Shown: in pieces, positions 16,850 to 27,143 of the stretch | Position numbering within the stretch: position 1 is the stretch's first letter | Layout: every line of letters begins with the position of its first letter | Origin: a virus | Lineage: Duplodnaviria > Caudoviricetes | Virus record (IMG/VR): IMGVR_UViG_3300020043_001884 | Span: 1-58,314 of that record | Length of the DNA: 58,314 nucleotides | Reading direction: 5' to 3' (one strand) | Notes under the pieces: model-generated | Database searches by the model: none | The model's input: the letters and a program-made list of their open reading frames with translations, nothing else | What the model was told of the DNA's origin: nothing | Program-made: the position numbers and the translations under genes

Positions 16850-17154
16850 AAGACGAACCTGTCGCCACTAGCGACACATCACAAGAACCTGTCGCAAAAA
16901 TCGAAAAAACGCAACACATGATTTACATGACATTCAACCAATGGGCCGACGGCAACTTTTTGGAAACAGGCGAGCCAAGACGAGAAGCGTATTCACAAGC
17001 CGAACTTGACCTAGTTGAGATGGGTTGGAACTACGGCTTTGACGCAGGTGTGCAGTGGCAAAAAAGCCAGCAAGCCTTGGACAAGAAAGCGGAAAACGCC
17101 AGAGAGTTGAAGTTGGATTACAACACAGAAGACGAAACGAGGGGAAACAAATGA
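16846..17154 (+). CDS. hypothetical protein
   Basis: ALDKKAENARELKLDY motif. Confidence 0.65.
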   Translation: MKDEPVATSDTSQEPVAKIEKTQHMIYMTFNQWADGNFLETGEPRREAYSQAELDLVEMGWNYGFDAGVQWQKSQQALDKKAENARELKLDYNTEDETRGNK

Positions 17155-17396
17155 CCAATGAAGAACTGATGCAACTGATGACCGAAATGGGTCTACACGA
17201 AGGCGGGATTGAAAACTGGATTCCAGACAATGCATGGTTGCTTGTAGCCAACAGAGCCATTGAGATTGAGCGTGAGGCGTGTGCGAAGGTGTGTGAAGAC
17301 AACGCAGACGATTTATCCGAAGGTGACTGGGATTCTGCCTGTTTGAGTTGTGCGGATCATATCCGAGCAAGGGGGAACAATGACAAGTCCATTTGA
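17151..17396 (+). CDS. hypothetical protein (EREACAKVCE...CADHIRARG)
   Basis: Common phage motif; GAGGGG RBS. Confidence 0.7.
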   Translation: MTNEELMQLMTEMGLHEGGIENWIPDNAWLLVANRAIEIEREACAKVCEDNADDLSEGDWDSACLSCADHIRARGNNDKSI

Positions 17397-17598
17397 CTGG
17401 AAAGGCAAGCCCAGTGTGTTTGCCAAAGACAAGGAATTCAAGCCGTTGAAGAACGGCAAGACCAGATCACAGACCTCAAGCGAAGGGTTGCAAAAGGTAT
17501 ATGACAAGGGTATCAATTCAGCCACAGTGCTGATCAGCGACAAGACCGAGGGCGGTATGTCAGAGGCGTTTAAAAGGATTCACAGGAGAGAGAAATGA
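17380..17598 (+). CDS. hypothetical protein
   Basis: AGGGGG RBS, ATG 17380. Confidence 0.55.
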   Translation: MTSPFDWKGKPSVFAKDKEFKPLKNGKTRSQTSSEGLQKVYDKGINSATVLISDKTEGGMSEAFKRIHRREK

Positions 17599-17801
17599 CT
17601 GAACCAAAAGACCTGAAGATTGAGTTTGCGCCGGGGTGCTTTGACAATTTTGAAGGCACACAGGAAGAACTCCAAGAGATGATCGCCATGCTTCATCAGA
17701 TGGTGGCAGACGGCACACTTGATGAGAACTCAACGCCTGTTGACCCAGACGATGAGGAATTCATCAACGCCATGCAAAACAAAATGAAACCGAGGCAATG
17801 A
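17595..17801 (+). CDS. hypothetical protein
   Basis: FAPGCFDNFEGTQEEL; AGGAG RBS. Confidence 0.7.
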   Translation: MTEPKDLKIEFAPGCFDNFEGTQEELQEMIAMLHQMVADGTLDENSTPVDPDDEEFINAMQNKMKPRQ

Positions 17802-17802
17802 T

Positions 17803-17973
17803 ATGAAAGGCGGCGCACGACCAGGGTCTGGCAGAAAGCCAGCCAACTTTGACCACAACAGGGCACGTAAACTAAAACAGGAAGGGTTTACCTACGAAGA
17901 GATTGCCAATCGGTTTGGCGTGAGCAAATGGTCTATCGCTTGGTTTTTTAGAAAGCAGCGCAGTGAACAGTAA
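17803..17973 (+). CDS. small HTH DNA-binding protein
   Basis: MKGGARPGSGRKP...GFTYEEIANRFGVSKWSI; not in the ORF track. Confidence 0.65.
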   Translation: MKGGARPGSGRKPANFDHNRARKLKQEGFTYEEIANRFGVSKWSIAWFFRKQRSEQ

Positions 17974-18235
17974 GAACCTGACGGCAAAAGACAGGCTTTA
18001 CCTGGCCACCATCAAAGCCATGCCATGCGGGGTCTGCGGAGCCAGCGGCCCCAGCGATGCCCACCACATAGAGCAAGGCTTACACCACCTGTGCATACCC
18101 CTGTGTAAAGACTGCCATCAGGGTAGCCACAACGGAATCCACGGTCGGCGCCACATGTGGAATGTCATGAGGAAGACAGAAATGTCTGTCCTCAATGACA
18201 CCATCAAGAAGATCACATCTGAGCCATCTCTCTGA
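17963..18235 (+). CDS. DUF968/Ref-like HNH-type zinc protein
   Basis: PCGVCG, DAHH, IPLCKDCH, GIHG. Confidence 0.7.
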   Translation: MNSKNLTAKDRLYLATIKAMPCGVCGASGPSDAHHIEQGLHHLCIPLCKDCHQGSHNGIHGRRHMWNVMRKTEMSVLNDTIKKITSEPSL

Positions 18236-21200
18236 GTTTCCTCAGGTCGATGTTCTTGAGCAACTGGTATTCCTGCTCCCTAAATTTCTTGATCATCTCT
18301 TCTTTGCGTTCAGCAGTGTATTTTGGGTCTTCGATGTTGGTGATCAAGTCAACATTCTTGCGAATCTCGGTGAGCTTCTGGGCAATGCTGTTGACCATCG
18401 GAGCCATACCAACCCTGATTTTGTTCTTCGGGTCTTCCAAGAACGCCTTGATTTCTTCAGGGTTTCTCTGCTTGTAGTCTGACAAGGTGTTAGCCGCCCG
18501 GTCGGTGACATCCTTCAGAGCATAGAAGTCTTTCCTCAGGCCAACCTCATACTCTTTGGAAATGAATGCGCTGGCGTTGGGGATGGCGTTGAACGCATCC
18601 CGAATACTCATTGCCGGACGAGTTGTGCCAGCCGCCGCGGCAATAATCGGGTTTGTCATCTCCAAGAACAATCCGCCAAAAGACCCAAACATCCCACGAA
18701 CGATGTGATCAATAGCGATTGGAGAAGCAATCCCCTGCCACTCCGCCTTTTCAAAGTTGTAGCGAATTGGAACTTGTGCCAATGCCTTTGCAAACTCAGA
18801 AGTGCTATTGGTGAACTGCCTGTCAATTGCTTTCTTGCCCTGATAGATGCCAACCAGCGGTTGCTGCTGGAAGAAGTCAAAGTTAATTGCCGCCTCGACC
18901 AAAGGCTTGACGGCCTGAGGCACAACGGTCGGTGACAGGAATGAGTTGGCAAGCAAAGACGCCATCGACGCACGGAACTTGGCCGGGTCTGTCATACCGT
19001 TCTCTGTCAGCAAGTGGTATGTGTGCTCTGCCAAAGCCTTTGGCAACAAGAACAAATCAGAACGCAAAGGAATGCCGTTGCCGTTCGTGCCGGGGATGAT
19101 CAGCAGTCGGTCACGGGTCGGCGTGGGCTTCTTCTCATAGCCCTCATCATCCCCCATCATCATGGCGTACAGCATCGACAACGCCATCACAGATGCCGTC
19201 GTAGCCGCCAGGGTCTGAAGCGCCGCCTTGCGCTCAGTGGGCGATGTGCCAACACCGGTCAGAGTGCGGTAAGCCACGTTCTGGGCGGCAAGGTATGCGT
19301 TGAAGAAGGGGATCACTTGGCCGGCCATGGCCAGCATCTGGCTGCTACCCCGACGGCGCACGTTGAATATCTCAAACGCCTTCTCAATTGCCTCTGAACG
19401 GGACATCCCCTGTGCAATAGCCGCTTCGTAGGTGGCCTGGCGCACAGCGTTATCTGCTGCCATAGCCCAAGTACCAAGTCCACGCTTAACTTTTTCCCAA
19501 AGGTTTTTATCCTTTTTTAATCCAGCCATGACTTCAACATCAGAGCGAATAATTGAAGACGTGAAATCACGTACGCCTACAGCACCCACGTTCTTCAGCT
19601 CTTCATGGGTGCTGCTCTTGCCACGCAGGGTCTGGATAAATTCCTTGACCGCCCTAAACGGAATGCTCAGTGCGTGCTGGGGCCTCAATCCAGATGAGAA
19701 CATGGCCGCAAACGAGTCTTGCGTCACCTGTGACACAGAGAACAGCGGGAACAGCACCACCGAGTTACGCAGCACATCAGCAAACTTGGAGAAGAACTTG
19801 ATGGTCGGGATGGAAACAGACTCCAACCCACGGAAGGCAGACACAAACATGGGATCGGCCATGCTGTGGTATTCCTCCTTGCCATCCCTCCATACCCGAA
19901 CCACGTTCTCGCCGTCTTTTGGATCGGCCACTTTCTCACCCAATCCAACAGCACCAGCCGTATCCACCAGCGCCAAGGCCGAGCGGTTGCGCACGCCCCG
20001 GTTGACGGCATACTGCGTCCAGCGCACCATGTTGTCGAAGATGTCGTTGACGGGTTTCATTGAACCCTTCATCCGCTTGTCAGCCTGAACCGACAGAGAG
20101 CGCAGGAATTCTTTTGGACCTTTGCCCTGCTCAATCTGATCTTCACGGAAGAACGGCACATAGTCAGCGTTGGCCAGCAGGTTCTCGGCTTCTTCTTCGC
20201 TGTACAACCCAGTATCCACCATCACCTTGATCGCATTACCACGGATGCCATTCCAGGTCTTAACCAACTCATTCAACTCGGGGAACAACTCATACTGGGT
20301 CATGCCCGCCTGAATCTGCTCAGGCGTCATGTGGATGATCTTCTGCTTGGCCTCAAGGCGGTTGGCCTTGTCCAGCAATTCGCTTGCCGCAACAGGAGAG
20401 CTACCTCGGATGCGCTTCGCCTCTGCGCGCATAGCCTCTGCCCGGGCAACGATGTTGGCATTATTACGGATCATCGATTGAGTGCGCTTGGCCTCAAAGG
20501 CGGTGTGAGCAATCAGTTCGATCTGCTCCTTGGTCATGCCGTGTTTGTCAGCAATCGCATCCATCTGCTTAGACAGTTTCAGGATGTTGTTGTCGCTGTC
20601 AACTCCAACCCATTTCTTGATGACATCATCCCATTTGATGTCGCCCTTGGTCAGGAACAGGTTGGCCACGGCATCGGAGTGGACGGTCTGGCTAAGGCTG
20701 GAATTGAGCAGAATGCCGATCTTCTCTTCCTGCCCAATCATGGAATCCATGACCGCTTTGCGAATCTGATTGTTCAAGCCAGCGTCACTGCTAAAAGCCC
20801 ATGTCTCAAACTGATCCGCCCACTTGCGGAAAGCGCTGATGGATTGTTCTTTGGTGAGCTTTGGGTTCTGGACAGCATTGTCCCAAGCCTGCTTGGTCTT
20901 CTCAATGTACCCAGTCTCAGGCGCTTTTACCGTCCTGCCCTGGCCTTCAAGAATTTCTAGTGCGTCACGGGCGGTCGGGCTGAGTTCAAGGGCAAGCAAG
21001 GATTTTGGTTCGCCTTCCATATACAGGAAGTCTTCCCGCTTTCCGTACACAGGGTTCTTGGCCAGCACAAAGCGACCAACCTGCAAGACTTCATCAGCAG
21101 ACAGGACGGGCTTGCGGTTGGCTCGGTCATAGAAGAACGAATGTCGCAGTGGGTCAAGGCTGATCTGTTTCCACTCTGGATTGCTCAGTAGATTCTTGAC

Positions 21201-24200
21201 CATGCTAAACGCACGATCCGGCGGCGTGTTAATCCACTCTCCCTCAATAGTTTGCTGGGGAGACTTTTCGCCAGAAGGACCTTCCAACGCCTGTGCAATA
21301 CCAAATGCACGCTCCTCAGAGCGAGGGGCAAACACAGCATTCTTGATGTGACCAGTGCTCTTGTAAGAGATGTTCGGGCCGGTGGTCTTAGTATTAGGGC
21401 TGGTTCCACGGTGAACCGAAACCACGCTACCATTTACTCCGTTTGCACGGCCCCATTCCAACGCAGGAATGTCCATGCGCAAACCAACTTTAGTGCCGTC
21501 GGCAATTGGAGCGTCAACCAACTCAGCCTTTTTCTTCTGCTTGATCTTGTTGGTCAGGATATCCCGCATTTGGGCATCGGCAATCGGCGCTTCCAACTTA
21601 TCGCCCAGCACAGGTCCAATAGGCGTGTAGTAATCCACATACCTGTCGTACTCTTGCTTGGTAATGCGACCAGCAGCCAACTCCCGAGCGGCCAACACGA
21701 CCTGCGTATTGCGACCTTTCTTTTCTTTGAATCCAGCAGGCGCCGTTAATTCTGGCGGCTTGCCCGGCTTTTCTTCAACCTTAGGCTTTTCCTGCACAGG
21801 AGCCTTGGCCACATTCTTGCTACTTGCCGGTGTTGTGGTCAACTCTTCGGTCAGAGCCAGCACCTCGGATAGTGCGCTACTGTTTTTGATGCCCAGAATG
21901 TCAGCAACAGCCTGAGTGAAAGCACCCCAAGCAGTCTGCTTTTGGTAAGGAATGCGTGCCAGTTCTTTCTGGAATTCAGGGTTGCCGTTGGCTTCAGCAA
22001 GGAATTCATCCATGTTTTTCAAACCATACAACTTGCCTTTGCCTTCGGCTTTTAGTTTGGTTTTGACAAAACGATACAGATTGTCCAGCCGTTTGACCGC
22101 CGCTTTCTGATCTGGGCGGGGGTTGTTCACGGCATAGTAAGTCAAGGCGTGAGTTGCCTCATGAGCAACTACATGCTCACTGCTGGCGGCTGTTTTGTTT
22201 TTAAAGTAAATTCCATTGGTGTTAGGTGACCAGCCCGCAAGTGCTCTCGGGTTAGATGCTCTTACGACACGAGGATTGATCTCGGTAAATACGCCGGCCA
22301 AATCCCTGCTCATCCGCCCAATGTTCGCAATGATCGGGTTCTTGCTCTTTTGCAATTCGTCGGTGATCCGACCCCAATCGTTATCGACAACGGCATCACT
22401 AAGCGCCACGCTTTGACGGGCGCCGGGAATCTTTATCTCTTCAGGCTCTGTGGTTACTGGCTCTTCTTCTGCTTCGCGTTTCGGAGCAGGTTCAGCCTTT
22501 GCTCGGGGGGCAGGCTTTTTAGCAGTTCTAGCAGTTGCTGCTTGCTCGGCTTCGGCTTGAGCGATGTATTCATCAATTTCTTCATCTGTCAACCTTTCGG
22601 CAATTGAGGTTTCAAGTTCTTCTGCCGTGTACTCATACCCGCCAATATCGTAAGACGGGGATGTGCTTGTGGCCGCACCCAACGCACCACGATAGAAACC
22701 AAGGAATTGCTCGGGCGTGGCATCAGGATTGGCCGTGGCCACCCGCTGCTTCAAAGCCTCAGTATCAACGCCCTTCATCTTGGCATCTGCCTCCAAGTCA
22801 GGCAGGGATATTTGCTCTTCTTCAGCCTTCGGCACACCGGCACGGCGGGCAAGGTCTAGGTTGACCTCAGGCACTGTTTGCAGACGGTCAATCTCCTGTT
22901 GAATCCTGTCCTTCTCTTCCGTCAGACGGCCAAGCATTTCGGATTCAGCAGTAGAACCATACTGCCTTGTGCGCAACTTGTCGGCAATATGCTCGACCGC
23001 AGCACTGGCATCAAAGTTTGGATTCTGCACGCCGCCAATCAACGCACGGTTGCGTGCCGGCAGGAATTCATCCAGCGACCCATCGGCCACCAAGTCTTCC
23101 AGCAAAACGCCTTGACCCTTTTTGTTGAAAAGCGCACCCAAAGCCTTGTTGTCAGAATCAATATCCTTGATTCCAAACGAACCTGGACGATAGATCAGCT
23201 CACCCTTCAGGCGGTTGAACAGACTGGTCTTTTCTTTCTTGGCTTTGGCAATCTCTTTGTTGACTTCAGACAGATTGGACTTTAAGCCTTCAATTTCCGC
23301 CTCTTCCTCAGGCGTAAACTTTGTCACCTTAGCGCCCTTGGGAACCTCTTGCGGGGCAGTAATCGGCTCATACTTGGGCGGCTCTGCCTGCTCTGCCCGA
23401 GTGCGGGCTGCAATCATGCTGCCCAGCTCAGTGCGCAATTGGCCTAGCGCACGCTCTTTGGCAATCTGATTCTGAACCGGATCGGCGCTGAACGTGGTGT
23501 TGTTGATCTCATCAATCTGACTGCGCAACTCATCTTCCCGTACAAGCTGTTCATCACGCTGTCGTTGAACCTCGGCCTGTTGACGCTCCTGCTCCGCCGC
23601 CGCTTCTTTTTCTTGACGACGGCGAATTTCTCCCATTAAATCTTCAGGAGCACCTATATCTTCTTCTGTTTTTTCTCTGGGCATCCCAGTAAATCCGGGC
23701 AAGCCAGCCATGCGCTCTTGCGTAGCGGCCATGACCTGCTGTCGTTCTTCCTCTGCCAACCGCTCACGCTCTGCAATCGCCTCTTGGCGGGCAACTTCAG
23801 CCTGTTCAGCCTCTTGCCGTAATCTTGCGGCATCTTCGGCAGAGAATCCACCAGCGGTAGGCGGCACAGCAGTAGGCACTTCTGGCACGGCAGACGGCAC
23901 CTCTGGCACGGCAGGAGCCTCAGCAACAGGGGGAGCACCAGGTTGTTCCCCAGCCTTAGGACCCTTGGCACGACGACCCAAAGTGATGTCAATCAACAAA
24001 CTGGTTAGCGCACCTACGCCAGCGCCGTATGCACCCTCTTCACCAGAACCAGCCAACACATCCTGCTCTGGGTTGTAGATGCCCTTGGCAATCATGTTTT
24101 GAGCGACCTTCTGAGCCGCTTCGGTAAGTCCTTCAACCCCGCCGCGGGCAAGAGCGGTGGTAAGCAGGTTCTTCAGTGGGCCAATGTTCGGTGCAATCAG

Positions 24201-24746
24201 GTCAAGCAGACCAGTGGGCGCACCAAGCAATGTGGCTTTTGCACGTTCTTCTGGTGTAGCCCCAGCCTGCTCTGCGCCTGTACGTGCTTCACCAGCACCA
24301 GCCGCAGTGCCCAAGCCGGTAGCGGCCAAGCGTCCAGCCAATCCCAGAGGTCCAAGCGCAAAGAACGGAGCGGTAGACCCAACGCCAGTAAACAGTTTGC
24401 TAGAAATGCTTTCGCCAATCTCAGGCGTGGCAGGGGCCAAATATTGTTTGGCAGGTGTGGCCGCACCAGTGATGAATTCCCGAGCCTTGGTTTCGTACTC
24501 TTCTGGCAACGCTGCCGCCGCACCAATACCCGCAGTTTCCAACAATCCCACGGCACCCCGACCAACAGCCTTGGGAATGTCCTTGAGATAGTCCGTAACG
24601 CCAACCTTGGGCGCAGGCTTTTCGGGTTCTGGTTGAGGGCCGTAACCAAGACCGTTCAAATACACCGCAAGTTTGTAAGCATCTTCGGTATTGCCAGCCT
24701 TTTCAGCCGCCTTAAGTGCCTCAAAAACTTGTTCAATTGTTGCCAT
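18213..24746 (-). CDS. large polyvalent internal virion/ejection protein (zincin HExxH domain; LPD38-like C-terminus)
   Basis: 2177 aa; VAHEATH...EFLAE; YVPFFR, IPFFNAY; last gene of the structural block. Confidence 0.75.
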   Translation of the reverse strand: MATIEQVFEALKAAEKAGNTEDAYKLAVYLNGLGYGPQPEPEKPAPKVGVTDYLKDIPKAVGRGAVGLLETAGIGAAAALPEEYETKAREFITGAATPAKQYLAPATPEIGESISSKLFTGVGSTAPFFALGPLGLAGRLAATGLGTAAGAGEARTGAEQAGATPEERAKATLLGAPTGLLDLIAPNIGPLKNLLTTALARGGVEGLTEAAQKVAQNMIAKGIYNPEQDVLAGSGEEGAYGAGVGALTSLLIDITLGRRAKGPKAGEQPGAPPVAEAPAVPEVPSAVPEVPTAVPPTAGGFSAEDAARLRQEAEQAEVARQEAIAERERLAEEERQQVMAATQERMAGLPGFTGMPREKTEEDIGAPEDLMGEIRRRQEKEAAAEQERQQAEVQRQRDEQLVREDELRSQIDEINNTTFSADPVQNQIAKERALGQLRTELGSMIAARTRAEQAEPPKYEPITAPQEVPKGAKVTKFTPEEEAEIEGLKSNLSEVNKEIAKAKKEKTSLFNRLKGELIYRPGSFGIKDIDSDNKALGALFNKKGQGVLLEDLVADGSLDEFLPARNRALIGGVQNPNFDASAAVEHIADKLRTRQYGSTAESEMLGRLTEEKDRIQQEIDRLQTVPEVNLDLARRAGVPKAEEEQISLPDLEADAKMKGVDTEALKQRVATANPDATPEQFLGFYRGALGAATSTSPSYDIGGYEYTAEELETSIAERLTDEEIDEYIAQAEAEQAATARTAKKPAPRAKAEPAPKREAEEEPVTTEPEEIKIPGARQSVALSDAVVDNDWGRITDELQKSKNPIIANIGRMSRDLAGVFTEINPRVVRASNPRALAGWSPNTNGIYFKNKTAASSEHVVAHEATHALTYYAVNNPRPDQKAAVKRLDNLYRFVKTKLKAEGKGKLYGLKNMDEFLAEANGNPEFQKELARIPYQKQTAWGAFTQAVADILGIKNSSALSEVLALTEELTTTPASSKNVAKAPVQEKPKVEEKPGKPPELTAPAGFKEKKGRNTQVVLAARELAAGRITKQEYDRYVDYYTPIGPVLGDKLEAPIADAQMRDILTNKIKQKKKAELVDAPIADGTKVGLRMDIPALEWGRANGVNGSVVSVHRGTSPNTKTTGPNISYKSTGHIKNAVFAPRSEERAFGIAQALEGPSGEKSPQQTIEGEWINTPPDRAFSMVKNLLSNPEWKQISLDPLRHSFFYDRANRKPVLSADEVLQVGRFVLAKNPVYGKREDFLYMEGEPKSLLALELSPTARDALEILEGQGRTVKAPETGYIEKTKQAWDNAVQNPKLTKEQSISAFRKWADQFETWAFSSDAGLNNQIRKAVMDSMIGQEEKIGILLNSSLSQTVHSDAVANLFLTKGDIKWDDVIKKWVGVDSDNNILKLSKQMDAIADKHGMTKEQIELIAHTAFEAKRTQSMIRNNANIVARAEAMRAEAKRIRGSSPVAASELLDKANRLEAKQKIIHMTPEQIQAGMTQYELFPELNELVKTWNGIRGNAIKVMVDTGLYSEEEAENLLANADYVPFFREDQIEQGKGPKEFLRSLSVQADKRMKGSMKPVNDIFDNMVRWTQYAVNRGVRNRSALALVDTAGAVGLGEKVADPKDGENVVRVWRDGKEEYHSMADPMFVSAFRGLESVSIPTIKFFSKFADVLRNSVVLFPLFSVSQVTQDSFAAMFSSGLRPQHALSIPFRAVKEFIQTLRGKSSTHEELKNVGAVGVRDFTSSIIRSDVEVMAGLKKDKNLWEKVKRGLGTWAMAADNAVRQATYEAAIAQGMSRSEAIEKAFEIFNVRRRGSSQMLAMAGQVIPFFNAYLAAQNVAYRTLTGVGTSPTERKAALQTLAATTASVMALSMLYAMMMGDDEGYEKKPTPTRDRLLIIPGTNGNGIPLRSDLFLLPKALAEHTYHLLTENGMTDPAKFRASMASLLANSFLSPTVVPQAVKPLVEAAINFDFFQQQPLVGIYQGKKAIDRQFTNSTSEFAKALAQVPIRYNFEKAEWQGIASPIAIDHIVRGMFGSFGGLFLEMTNPIIAAAAGTTRPAMSIRDAFNAIPNASAFISKEYEVGLRKDFYALKDVTDRAANTLSDYKQRNPEEIKAFLEDPKNKIRVGMAPMVNSIAQKLTEIRKNVDLITNIEDPKYTAERKEEMIKKFREQEYQLLKNIDLRKLREMAQM

Positions 24747-24755
24747 GGCTAGACC

Positions 24756-27134
24756 TTACTTTTGTTTTTTAAGGTTTCTTGCAACGATCTCATTTAATTC
24801 AGTCGTTAAATCCAATTCGCCAGGGTCATACCCCTCAGTTGATTCTCTGACATATTTGCGATACGTTGGATTAAGATTCAATTTGCGTCTTGCAGCAAGC
24901 TCCGCTTCTTCAATAAATGCTTTGGCTTTTGCCTCGTCAAACTTCAAATCCATGCTGTTTTTGATAATTTCTTTTGCCTTGGCAGTTGCATTTGTTATGT
25001 AATCATTTTCCATTCTGCGAGCAAACTCGGCTGCACGAAGCACTCTTCCTTCTGCTTTACTGGTGTCAGCTAACCTAGCGCGGTCCATGCGACCTTGCTC
25101 AAGCTCTCTTGCGGTTTGTTCTCGGCTCAAACGAAGCTCTTTTGCAGTTTCGCCAGATGATTTAATCCGCTCTGCCAACAACTCAGCATTCATCAGTTTT
25201 GCCTCTTGCGCTGCACGGGAAGCATCCGACTGCATCAGGGATTGCACGCCCATCATGCCGCCTCGACCAATGTTGGATAGGGCAAACGGCGATGTGCCAC
25301 TCATGATTCCCAAGCCAGCGGATAGCAGGGCAAGGTACTTGTCAGTCTCTTCCTGCTTGTCAAGTTTGGCGTACCCTTTGCTTATGCGATCTTGCAAACG
25401 CTTCAGGAACTCAGACTCAGGGGCAATCTCTACGGCTTTTGCCACGGACTCAGGGGTGATGCCGCCGGTCATGCGGTCAGCACGCTCGGCCATATCACTG
25501 TCAGAGTATTCAGGAACCAATGCACCAATCCCCTGATCTTCATAACCAAACGGGTCTTGAACCGACATAGGAAGACCAGTAGAACGCACAGGCGCAGACG
25601 GTCTAGTTGTTGCAGGTGGTTTTGCAACAGAAACAGGAGAAACAGGGGCAGCAGGCGGCGTCTTTCTGCCCTCGGCCATAATTGCCGCAGCCAAACCAGT
25701 ATCGCTACCAATGTCTGAAGAAAGTTGAGCAAGCCCTTCATCAGATGCTCCGCCCAAAATACCGCCAGCCAAACCAGTGGCTGCCGCACCGCCACCAATG
25801 ACAGGAACTGAAGGGCCTAACAATCCACGACCAAAAAGCCTTGAAAAGGTTGAAGGCTGTTGTTGTGTTGCAGTCGGCCCCAATCTAGCGGGTTGTTGCA
25901 TAGAAGAAACGGGTTCAGCAGGAGCCGCTGATGCAGCGGGTTGCGCGCCAGAGAAAGCACCCCTTGCCTGCTCCATACGCAAACGCCTCTCAGCCGCAGA
26001 CCTCATTTCTTCAGGAGATTGTCCAAAAATTCGATCAAACAAATTACCGCTAGGCGCAGTAGCACGACGACGCATCAATTCTTCAGCCGCTCCAGGCTCG
26101 CCCATCCGAGCCATACGGGCCAAGTCCTCCATGCTAATGTTAGACAAAGAGTACGGCATCGTGCCTGAAATGCCACCATACTGGAAGCGTTTAATGCTGG
26201 CAATGCCACCCTCGGCAAAACCCTGCGCATACTTGCGTGTCTCATCAGGCAGACGGGACGGATCAGCCCCAGCCATCAGCCACTTGTCAGTAGCACCTGG
26301 CCCCATGTTGTAGGCAATTGCCGCCAACTTAGGGTCGCCATACTTCTCAAGCATCTTGGCGTAATATTCCCGACCCACCCGGCGATACTCATCAGGATTG
26401 TTGCCCTCGGCAGGACGAATCCCAAAGCCAGGGTCACGGGCAGTCATCGGCATAACTTGCATTTCACCCATCGCACCCTTAGGTGAAGTCAGCAAATTGC
26501 CAGCCTTGTCATAACGACGGCCACCGCTTTCCTTCTGCTCAATCATGGACAAAAGCTCTTCCAAACCCGCAGGTTTGGTAACACTCTTCTGCCGCTCCTC
26601 AACCGTCCGAGCAGGCTGATCGCCCTCTTTAACTGATACTCCTTTCTTAACTTCCGTAGAAGTGAAACTCGGAATATTAGAACTAGATGTCAACGTTGAC
26701 ACTTCAGGGGACGCTCCAACCTCTTCGGATTGGCGCAAAGCCATATCACGCATACCCTGCATTTGACGCATGATCTTTCTGATTTCGTCGTTCATCTCGT
26801 CTTCAGAATCTTCGTCAAACTGGTCGCCTTCAATGTCAGGTATTCCGCCACGGGCAAATGCCACGATGCCGCCACCCGCATACTGCTCGGGCAGATTGGA
26901 CTGCAACTGATTCAAACCCTCTGCCTTAGACATGACTTCTTCAGCAATGCTGGGCTGACCCTGCTGGGTCTGGGCAGAAGCATTGCGCATACGCTGCTCC
27001 ATCTGCACCTTCTGCTCAAGCATGGGAATGCCAATGTAGGGCGGGATTGACCCCGACTGAATGGCTTGTTGAAGTTGCTGAACGCTCAGTCTTTCAGCAA
27101 TGCCAGCAGGGTTAAAGACAGAATCTATTGCCAT
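24756..27134 (-). CDS. internal virion protein with lytic transglycosylase (SLT) domain
   Basis: QKESGG, GAMGEMQVMPMT, AAIAYNMGPG, ETRKY. Confidence 0.85.
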   Translation of the reverse strand: MAIDSVFNPAGIAERLSVQQLQQAIQSGSIPPYIGIPMLEQKVQMEQRMRNASAQTQQGQPSIAEEVMSKAEGLNQLQSNLPEQYAGGGIVAFARGGIPDIEGDQFDEDSEDEMNDEIRKIMRQMQGMRDMALRQSEEVGASPEVSTLTSSSNIPSFTSTEVKKGVSVKEGDQPARTVEERQKSVTKPAGLEELLSMIEQKESGGRRYDKAGNLLTSPKGAMGEMQVMPMTARDPGFGIRPAEGNNPDEYRRVGREYYAKMLEKYGDPKLAAIAYNMGPGATDKWLMAGADPSRLPDETRKYAQGFAEGGIASIKRFQYGGISGTMPYSLSNISMEDLARMARMGEPGAAEELMRRRATAPSGNLFDRIFGQSPEEMRSAAERRLRMEQARGAFSGAQPAASAAPAEPVSSMQQPARLGPTATQQQPSTFSRLFGRGLLGPSVPVIGGGAAATGLAGGILGGASDEGLAQLSSDIGSDTGLAAAIMAEGRKTPPAAPVSPVSVAKPPATTRPSAPVRSTGLPMSVQDPFGYEDQGIGALVPEYSDSDMAERADRMTGGITPESVAKAVEIAPESEFLKRLQDRISKGYAKLDKQEETDKYLALLSAGLGIMSGTSPFALSNIGRGGMMGVQSLMQSDASRAAQEAKLMNAELLAERIKSSGETAKELRLSREQTARELEQGRMDRARLADTSKAEGRVLRAAEFARRMENDYITNATAKAKEIIKNSMDLKFDEAKAKAFIEEAELAARRKLNLNPTYRKYVRESTEGYDPGELDLTTELNEIVARNLKKQK

Positions 27135-27143
27135 GATGCGCCC

